NCBI GenBank assembly: GCA_964057225.1 | Contig: OZ059899.1 | Coordinates: 3,472,001-3,536,000, forward strand | Length of the DNA stretch: 64,000 bases | Direction of reading: 5' to 3' | Origin: Auanema rhodensis | Lineage: Eukaryota > Animalia > Nematoda | Shown here: positions 51,101 through 61,776 of the stretch, one piece after another | Layout of the letters: each line of letters opens with the position of its first letter | Numbering within the stretch: the first letter of the stretch is position 1 | Translations under genes and position numbers: made by a program | The notes under the pieces: model-generated | The model's database searches: none | Seen by the model: only the letters and a program-made list of their open reading frames with translations | Told to the model about the DNA's origin: nothing

Positions 51101-54054
51101 TGAAAAATGGAATCTAAAAACATCTACTTTTTGCTAAATTATTTTGAAATTTTTCGAAAAAATTTTTGTCAAAATGTTTTTGGAAGCAATGTTGAGTGTA
51201 CATGGAAACTCAACATACACTAATGCATCATTTTTCAAACGATCATAACTTATTTTTGTATCAAGCGTTTTTCAATGTAGTATAGTGCATTCGATGCGGA
51301 TTTTTAAGCTGCGTCGATCTGTGTTATCAGATTTGCGCTAGCTTAAAAATGCACCGAGATATCAACTGATATAAGTTCACACTTATATCCTCGATTTTCA
51401 CCCTGAAGAATTAATTTTTTCGTTGAATAACATTGTCCATCGTCTTTGCCTTGAAAAATGGAATCTAAAAACATCTACTTTTTGCTAAATTATTTTGAAA
51501 TTTTTCGAAAAAATTTTTGTCAAAATGTTTTTGGAAGCAATGTTGAGTGTACATGGAAACTCAACATACACTAATGCATCATTTTTCAAACGATCATAAC
51601 TAATTTTTGTATCAAGTGTTTCTCAATGTAGTATAGTGCATTCGATGCGGATTTTTAAGCTGCGTCGATCTGTGTTATCAGATTTGCGCTAGCTTAAAAA
51701 AGCACCGAGATATCAACTGATATAAGTTCACACTTATATCCTCGATTTTCACCCTGAAGAATTAATTTTTTCGTTGAATAACAATGTCCATCGTCTTTGC
51801 CTTGAAAAATGGAATCTTAAAACATCTACTTTTTGCTAAATTATTTTGAAATTTTTCGAAAAAATTTTTGTCAAAATGTTTTTGGAAGCAATGTTGAGTG
51901 TACATGGAAACTCAACATACACTAATGCATAATTTTTCAAACGATCATAACTAATTTTTGTATTAAGCGTTTCTCAATGTAGTATAGTGCATTCGATGCG
52001 GATTTTTAAGCTTCGTCGATCTGTGTTATCAGATTTGCGCTAGCTTAAAAATGCACCGAGATATCAACTGATATAAGTTCACACTTATATCCTCGATTTT
52101 CACCCTGAAGAATTAGTTTTTTCGTTGAATAACATTGTCCATCGTCTTTGCCTTGAAAAATGGAATCTAAAAACATCTACTTTTTGCTAAATTATTTTGA
52201 AATTTTTCGAAAAAATTTTTGTCAAAATGTTTTTGGAAGCAATGTTGAGTGTACATGGAAACTCAACATACACTAATGCATCATTTTTCAAACGATCATA
52301 ACTAAATTTTGTATCAAGTGTTTCTCAATGTAGTATAGTGCATTCGATGCGGATTTTTAAGCTGCGTCGATCTGTGTTATCAGATTTGCGCTAGCTTAAA
52401 AAAGCACCGAGATATCAACTGATATAAGTTCACACTTATATCCTCGATTTTCACCCTGAAGAACTGATTTTTTCGTTGAATAACATTGTCTATCGTCTTT
52501 GCCTTGAAAAATGGAATCTTAAAACATCTACTTTTTGCTAAATTATTTTGAAATTTTTCGAAAAAATTTTTGTCAAAATGTTTTTGGAAGCAATGTTGAG
52601 TGTACATGGAAACTCAACATACACTAATGCATAATTTTTCAAACGATCATAACTAATTTTTGTATTAAGCGTTTCTCAATGTAGTATAGTGCATTCGATG
52701 CGGATTTTTAAGCTGCGTCGATCTGTGTTATCAGATTTGCGCTAGCTTAAAAATGCACCGAGATATCAACTGATATAAGTTCACACATATATACCCGATT
52801 TTCACCCTGAAGAATTAATTTTTTCGTTGAATAACCTTGTCCATCGTCTTCGCCTTGAAAAATGGAATCTAAAAGCATCTACTTTTTGCTAAATTATCTT
52901 GAAATTTTTCGAAAAAATTTTTGTCAAAATGTTTTTGGAAGCAATGTTGAGTGTACATGGAAACTCAACATACACTAATGCATAATTTTTCAAACGATCG
53001 TAACTAATTTTTGTATTAAGCGTTTCTCAATGTAGTATAGTGCATTCGATGCGGATTTTTAAGCTTCGTCGATCTGTGTTATCAGATTTGCGCTAGCTTA
53101 AAAATGCACCGAGATATCAACTGATATAAGTTCACACTTATATCCTCGATTTTCACCCTGAAGAATTAATTTTTTCGTTGAATAACATTGTCCATCGTCT
53201 TTGCCTTGAAAAATGGAATCTTAAAACATCTACTTTTTGCTAAATTATTTTGAAATTTTTCGAAAAATTTTTTGTCAAAATGTTTTTGGAAGCAATGTTG
53301 AGTGTACATGGAAACTCAACATACACTAATGCATCATTTTTCAAACGATCATAACTAATTTTTGTATCAAGTGTTTCTCAATGTAGTATAGTGCATTCGA
53401 TGCGGATTTTTAAGCTGCGTCGATCTGTGTTATCAGATTTGCGCTAGCTTAAAAATGCACCGAGATATCAACTGATATAAGTTCACACTTATATCCTCGA
53501 TTTTCACCCTGAAGAATTAATTTTTTCGTTGAAAAACATTGTCCATCGTCTTTGCCTTGAAAAATGGAATCTTAAAACATCTACTTTTTGCTAAATTATT
53601 TTGAAATTTTTCGAAAAAATTTTTGTCAAAATGTTTTTGGAAGCAATGTTGAGTGTACATGGAAACTCAACATACACTAATGCATCATTTTTCAAACGAT
53701 CATAACTAATTTTTGTATTAAGCGTTTCTCAATGTAGTATAGTGCATTCGATGCGGATTTTTAAGCTTCGTCGATCTGTGTTATCAGATTTGCGCTAGCT
53801 TAAAAATGCACCGAGATATCAACTGATATAAGTTCACACTTATATCCTCGATTTTCACCCTGAAGAATTAATTTTTTCGTTGAATAACATTGTCCATCGT
53901 CTTTGCCTTGAAAAATGGAATCTTAAAACATCTACTTTTTGCTAAATTATCTTGAAATTTTTCGAAAAAATTTTTGTCAAAATGTTTTTGGAAGCAATGT
54001 TGAGTGTACATGGAAACTCAACATACACTAATGCATCATTTTTCAAACGATCAT
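42122..54054. repeat. Satellite variant domain E (M121-M154) with ~3.51-kb (10-monomer) periodicity
   Basis: The AATTTATTTTTTTG allele recurs in the monomers at 43526, 47035 and 50545 (ORF-track spacing 3509 and 3510). TTTTCGCT and TTCGATGTAG each occur twice, 3509 bp apart. Confidence 0.8.
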
Positions 54055-57000
54055 AACTAATTTTTGTATCAAGTGTTTCTCAATGTAGTATAGTGCATTC
54101 GATGCGGATTTTTAAGCTGCGTCGATCTGTGTTATCAGATTTGCGCTAGCTTAAAAATGCACCGAGATATCAACTGATATAAGTTCACACTTATATCCTC
54201 GATTTTCACCCTGAAGAATTAATTTTTTCGTTGAATAACATTGTCCATCGTCTTTGCTTTGAAAAATGGAATCTAAAAACATCTACTTTTTGCTAAATTA
54301 TTTTGAAATTTTTCGAAAAAATTTTTGTCAAAATGTTTTTGGAAGCAATGTTGAGTGTACATGGAAACTCAACATACACTAATGCATCATTTTTCAAACG
54401 ATCATAACTAATTTTTGTATCAAGTGTTTCTCAATGTAGTATAGTGCATTCGATGCGGATTTTTAAGCTTCGTCGATCTGTGTTATCAGATTTGCGCTAG
54501 CTTAAAAATGCACCGAGATATCAACTGATATAAGTTCACACTTATATCCTCGATTTTCACCCTGAAGAATTAATTTTTTCGTTGAATAACATTGTCCATC
54601 GTCTTTGCTTTGAAAAATGGAATCTAAAAACATCTACTTTTTGCTAAATTATTTTGAAATTTTTCGAAAAAATTTTTGTCAAAATGTTTTTGGAAGCAAT
54701 GTTGAGTGTACATGGAAACTCAACATACACTAATGCATAATTTTTCAAACGATCATAACTAATTTTTGTATTAAGCGTTTCTCAATGTAGTATAGTGCAT
54801 TCGATGCGGATTTTTAAGCTTCGTCGATCTGTGTTATCAGATTTGCGCTAGCTTAAAAATGCACCGAGATATCAACTGATATAAGTTCACACTTATATCC
54901 TCTTTTTTCACCCTGAAGAATTAATTTTTTCGTTGAATAACATTGTCCATCGTCTTTGCTTTGAAAAATGGAATCTAAAAACATCTACTTTTTGCTAAAT
55001 TATTTTGAAATTTTTCGAAAAAATTTTTGTCAAAATGTTTTTGGAAGCAATGTTGAGTGTACATGGAAACTCAACATACACTAATGCATCATTTTTCAAA
55101 CGCTCATAACTAATTTTTGTATCAAGTGTTTCTCAATGTAGTGTAGTGCATTCGATGCGGATTTTTAAGCTTCGTCGATCTGTGTTATCAGATTTGCGCT
55201 AGCTTAAAAATGCACCGAGATATCAACTGATATAAGTTCACACTTATATCCTCGATTTTCACCCTGAAGAATTAATTTTTTCGTTGAATAACATTGTCCA
55301 TCGTCTTTGCTTTGAAAAATGGAATCTAAAAACATCTACTTTTTGCTAAATTATTTTGAAATTTTTCGAAAAAATTTTTGTCAAAATGTTTTTGGAAGCA
55401 ATGTTGAGTGTACATGGAAACTCAACATACACTAATGCATCATTTTTCAAACGATCATAACTAATTTTTGTATTAAGCGTTTCTCAATGTAGTATAGTGC
55501 ATTCGATGCGGATTTTTAAGCTTCGTCGATCTGTGTTATCAGATTTGCGCTAGCTTAAAAATGCACCGAGATATCAACTGATATAAGTTCACACTTATAT
55601 CCTCGATTTTCACCCTGAAGAATTAATTTTTTCGTTGAATAACATTGTCCATCGTCTTTGCTTTGAAAAATGGAATCTAAAAACATCTACTTTTTGCTAA
55701 ATTATTTTGAAATTTTTCGAAAAAATTTTTGTCAAAATGTTTTTGGAAGCAATGTTGAGTGTACATGGAAACTCAACATACACTAATGCATCATTTTTCA
55801 AACGCTCATAACTAATTTTTGTATCAAGTGTTTCTCAATGTAGTGTAGTGCATTCGATGCGGATTTTTAAGCTTCGTCGATCTGTGTTATCAGATTTGCG
55901 CTAGCTTAAAAATGCACCGAGATATCAACTGATATAAGTTCACACTTATATCCTCGATTTTCACCCTGAAGAATTAATTTTTTCGTTGAATAACATTGTC
56001 CATCGTCTTTGCTTTGAAAAATGGAATCTAAAAACATCTACTTTTTGCTAAATTATTTTGAAATTTTTCGAAAAAATTTTTGTCAAAATGTTTTTGGAAG
56101 CAATGTTGAGTGTACATGGAAACTCAACATACACTAATGCATCATTTTTCAAACGATCATAACTAATTTTTGTATTAAGCGTTTCTCAATGTAGTATAGT
56201 GCATTCGATGCGGATTTTTAAGCTTCGTCGATCTGTGTTATCAGATTTGCGCTAGCTTAAAAATGCACCGAGATATCAACTGATATAAGTTCACACTTAT
56301 ATCCTCGATTTTCACCCTGAAGAATTAATTTTTTCGTTGAATAACATTGTCTATCGTCTTTGCCTTGAAAAATGGAATCTAAAAACATCTACTTTTTGCT
56401 AAATTATTTTGAAATTTTTCGAAAAAATTTTTGTCAAAATGTTTTTGGAAGCAATGTTGAGTGTACATGGAAACTCAACATACACTAATGCATAATTTTT
56501 CAAACGATCATAACTAATTTTTGTATTAAGCGTTTCTCAATGTAGTATAGTGCATTCGATGCGGATTTTTAAGCTTCGTCGATCTGTGTTATCAGATTTG
56601 CGCTAGCTTAAAAATGCACCGAGATATCAACTGATATAAGTTCACACTTATATCCTCGATTTTCACCCTGAAGAATTAATTTTTTCGTTGAATAACATTG
56701 TCCATCGTCTTTGCTTTGAAAAATGGAATCTAAAAACATCTACTTTTTGCTAAATTATTTTGAAATTTTTCGAAAAAATTTTTGTCAAAATGTTTTTGGA
56801 AGCAATGTTGAGTGTACATGGAAACTCAACATACACTAATGCTTGATTTTTCAAACGATCATAACTAATTTTTGTATTAAGCGTTTCTCAATGTAGTATA
56901 GTGCATTCGATGCGGATTTTTAAGCTTCGTCGATCTGTGTTATCAGATTTGCGCTAGCTTAAAAATGCACCGAGATATCAACTGATATAAGTTCACACTT

Positions 57001-60000
57001 ATATCCTCGATTTTCACCCTGAAGAATTAATTTTTTCGTTGAATAACATTGTCCATCGTCTTTGCTTTGAAAAATGGAATCTAAAAACATCTACTTTTTG
57101 CTAAATTATTTTGAAATTTTTCGAAAAAATTTTTGTCAAAATGTTTTTGGAAGCAATGTTGAGTGTACATGGAAACTCAACATACACTAATGCATCATTT
57201 TTCAAACGCTCATAACTAATTTTTGTATCAAGTGTTTCTCAATGTAGTGTAGTGCATTCGATGCGGATTTTTAAGCTTCGTCGATCTGTGTTATCAGATT
57301 TGCGCTAGCTTAAAAATGCACCGAGATATCAACTGATATAAGTTCACACTTATATCCTCGATTTTCACCCTGAAGAATTAATTTTTTCGTTGAATAACAT
57401 TGTCCATCGTCTTTGCTTTGAAAAATGGAATCTAAAAACATCTACTTTTTGCTAAATTATTTTGAAATTTTTCGAAAAAATTTTTGTCAAAATGTTTTTG
57501 GAAGCAATGTTGAGTGTACATGGAAACTCAACATACACTAATGCATCATTTTTCAAACGATCATAACTAATTTTTGTATTAAGCGTTTCTCAATGTAGTA
57601 TAGTGCATTCGATGCGGATTTTTAAGCTTCGTCGATCTGTGTTATCAGATTTGCGCTAGCTTAAAAATGCACCGAGATATCAACTGATATAAGTTCACAC
57701 TTATATCCTCGATTTTCACCCTGAAGAATTAATTTTTTCGTTGAATAACATTGTCTATCGTCTTTGCCTTGAAAAATGGAATCTAAAAACATCTACTTTT
57801 TGCTAAATTATTTTGAAATTTTTCGAAAAAATTTTTGTCAAAATGTTTTTGGAAGCAATGTTGAGTGTACATGGAAACTCAACATACACTAATGCATAAT
57901 TTTTCAAACGATCATAACTAATTTTTGTATTAAGCGTTTCTCAATGTAGTATAGTGCATTCGATGCGGATTTTTAAGCTTCGTCGATCTGTGTTATCAGA
58001 TTTGCGCTAGCTTAAAAATGCACCGAGATATCAACTGATATAAGTTCACACTTATATCCTCGATTTTCACCCTGAAGAATTAATTTTTTCGTTGAATAAC
58101 ATTGTCCATCGTCTTTGCTTTGAAAAATGGAATCTAAAAACATCTACTTTTTGCTAAATTATTTTGAAATTTTTCGAAAAAATTTTTGTCAAAATGTTTT
58201 TGGAAGCAATGTTGAGTGTACATGGAAACTCAACATACACTAATGCTTGATTTTTCAAACGATCATAACTAATTTTTGTATTAAGCGTTTCTCAATGTAG
58301 TATAGTGCATTCGATGCGGATTTTTAAGCTTCGTCGATCTGTGTTATCAGATTTGCGCTAGCTTAAAAATGCACCGAGATATCAACTGATATAAGTTCAC
58401 ACTTATATCCTCGATTTTCACCCTGAAGAATTAATTTTTTCGTTGAATAACATTGTCCATCGTCTTTGCTTTGAAAAATGGAATCTAAAAACATCTACTT
58501 TTTGCTAAATTATTTTGAAATTTTTCGAAAAAATTTTTGTCAAAATGTTTTTGGAAGCAATGTTGAGTGTACATGGAAACTCAACATACACTAATGCATG
58601 ATTTTTCAAACGATCATAACTAATTTTTGTATTAAGCGTTTCTCAATGTAGTATAGTGCATTCGATGCGGATTTTTAAGCTTCGTCGATCTGTGTTATCA
58701 GATTTGCGCTAGCTTAAAAATGCACCGAGATATCAACTGATATAAGTTCACACTTATATCCTCGATTTTCACCCTGAAGAATTAATTTTTTCGTTGAATA
58801 ACATTGTCCATCGTCTTTGCTTTGAAAAATGGAATCTAAAAACATCTACTTTTTGCTAAATTATTTTGAAATTTTTCGAAAAAATTTTTGTCAAAATGTT
58901 TTTGGAAGCAATGTTGAGTGTACATGGAAACTCAACATACACTAATGCATCATTTTTCAAACGCTCATAACTAATTTTTGTATCAAGTGTTTCTCAATGT
59001 AGTATAGTGCATTCGATGCGGATTTTTAAGCTTCGTCGATCTGTGTTATCAGATTTGCGCTAGCTTAAAAATGCACCGAGATATCAACTGATATAAGTTC
59101 ACACTTATATCCTCGATTTTCACCCTGAAGAATTAATTTTTTCGTTGAATAACATTGTCCATCGTCTTTGCTTTGAAAAATGGAATCTAAAAACATCTAC
59201 TTTTTGCTAAATTATTTTGAAATTTTTCGAAAAAATTTTTGTCAAAATGTTTTTGGAAGCAATGTTGAGTGTACATGGAAACTCAACATACACTAATGCA
59301 TCATTTTTCAAACGATCATAACTAATTTTTGTATTAAGCGTTTCTCAATGTAGTATAGTGCATTCGATGCGGATTTTTAAGCTTCGTCGATCTGTGTTAT
59401 CAGATTTGCGCTAGCTTAAAAATGCACCGAGATATCAACTGATATAAGTTCACACTTATATCCTCGATTTTCACCCTGAAGAATTAATTTTTTCGTTGAA
59501 TAACATTGTCCATCGTCTTTGCTTTGAAAAATGGAATCTAAAAACATCTACTTTTTGCTAAATTATCTTGAAATTTTTCGAAAAAATTTTTGTCAAAATG
59601 TTTTTGGAAGCAATGTTGAGTGTACATGGAAACTCAACATACACTAATGCATCATTTTTCAAACGCTCATAACTAATTTTTGTATCAAGTGTTTCTCAAT
59701 GTAGTATAGTGCATTCGATGCGGATTTTTAAGCTGCGTCGATCTGTGTTATCAGATTTGCGCTAGCTTAAAAATGCACCGAGATATCAACTGATATGAGT
59801 TCACACTTATATCCTCGATTTTCACCCTGAAGAATTAATTTTTTCGTTGAATAACATTGTCCATCGTCTTTGCCTTGAAAAATGGAATCTAAAAACATCT
59901 ACTTTTTGCTAAATTATTTTGAAATTTTTCGAAAAAATTTTTGTCAAAATGTTTTTGGAAGCAATGTTGAGTGTACATGGAAACTCAACATACACTAATG

Positions 60001-61776
60001 CTTGATTTTTCAAACGATCATAACTAATTTTTGTATTAAGCGTTTCTCAATGTAGTATAGTGCATTCGATGCGGATTTTTAAGCTTCGTCGATCTGTGTT
60101 ATCAGATTTGCGCTAGCTTAAAAATGCACCGAGATATCAACTGATATAAGTTCACACTTATATCCTCGATTTTCACCCTGAAGAATTAATTTTTTCGTTG
60201 AATAACATTGTCCATCGTCTTTGCTTTGAAAAATGGAATCTAAAAACATCTACTTTTTGCTAAATTATTTTGAAATTTTTCGAAAAAATTTTTGTCAAAA
60301 TGTTTTTGGAAGCAATGTTGAGTGTACATGGAAACTCAACATACACTAATGCATGATTTTTCAAACGATCATAACTAATTTTTGTATTAAGCGTTTCTCA
60401 ATGTAGTATAGTGCATTCGATGCGGATTTTTAAGCTTCGTCGATCTGTGTTATCAGATTTGCGCTAGCTTAAAAATGCACCGAGATATCAACTGATATAA
60501 GTTCACACTTATATCCTCGATTTTCACCCTGAAGAATTAATTTTTTCGTTGAATAACATTGTCCATCGTCTTTGCTTTGAAAAATGGAATCTAAAAACAT
60601 CTACTTTTTGCTAAATTATTTTGAAATTTTTCGAAAAAATTTTTGTCAAAATGTTTTTGGAAGCAATGTTGAGTGTACATGGAAACTCAACATACACTAA
60701 TGCATCATTTTTCAAACGCTCATAACTAATTTTTGTATCAAGTGTTTCTCAATGTAGTATAGTGCATTCGAGGCGGATTTTTAAGCTTCGTCGATCTGTG
60801 TTATCAGATTTGCGCTAGCTTAAAAATGCACCGAGATATCAACTGATATAAGTTCACACTTATATCCTCGATTTTCACCCTGAAGAATTAATTTTTTCGT
60901 TGAATAACATTGTCCATCGTCTTTGCTTTGAAAAATGGAATCTAAAAACATCTACTTTTTGCTAAATTATTTTGAAATTTTTCGAAAAAATTTTTGTCAA
61001 AATGTTTTTGGAAGCAATGTTGAGTGTACATGGAAACTCAACATACACTAATGCATCATTTTTCAAACGATCATAACTAATTTTTGTATTAAGCGTTTCT
61101 CAATGTAGTATAGTGCATTCGATGCGGATTTTTAAGCTTCGTCGATCTGTGTTATCAGATTTGCGCTAGCTTAAAAATGCACCGAGATATCAACTGATAT
61201 AAGTTCACACTTATATCCTCGATTTTCACCCTGAAGAATTAATTTTTTCGTTGAATAACATTGTCCATCGTCTTTGCTTTGAAAAATGGAATCTAAAAAC
61301 ATCTACTTTTTGCTAAATTATCTTGAAATTTTTCGAAAAAATTTTTGTCAAAATGTTTTTGGAAGCAATGTTGAGTGTACATGGAAACTCAACATACACT
61401 AATGCATCATTTTTCAAACGCTCATAACTAATTTTTGTATCAAGTGTTTCTCAATGTAGTATAGTGCATTCGATGCGGATTTTTAAGCTGCGTCGATCTG
61501 TGTTATCAGATTTGCGCTAGCTTAAAAATGCACCGAGATATCAACTGATATGAGTTCACACTTATATCCTCGATTTTCACCCTGAAGAATTAATTTTTTC
61601 GTTGAATAACATTGTCCATCGTTTTTGCCTGGAAAAATGGAATCTAAAAACATCTACTTTTTGCTAAATTATTTTGAAATTTTTCGAAAAAATTTTTGTC
61701 AAAATGTTTTTGGAAGCAATGTTGAGTGTACATGGAAACTCAACATACACTAATGCATCATTTTTCAAACGCTCAT
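54055..61776. repeat. Satellite variant domain F (M155-M176) with 4-mer and 5-mer duplications
   Basis: Markers are TTTGCTTTGAA (pos 204), AACGCTCAT (pos 347), GTAGTGTAG, GCTTGATTT/GCATGATTT and near-fixed AAGCTTCG. Confidence 0.8.

Noticed and set aside
6045-52607. Thirteen 75-aa ORFs (MYTQHCFQKH...) as a multicopy protein-coding gene family
   Set aside because: They are one frame of the satellite monomer, interrupted by one or two stops in the other ~169 copies. The K/F/N-rich composition reflects A/T tracts and no domain is recognisable. Not annotated as CDS.
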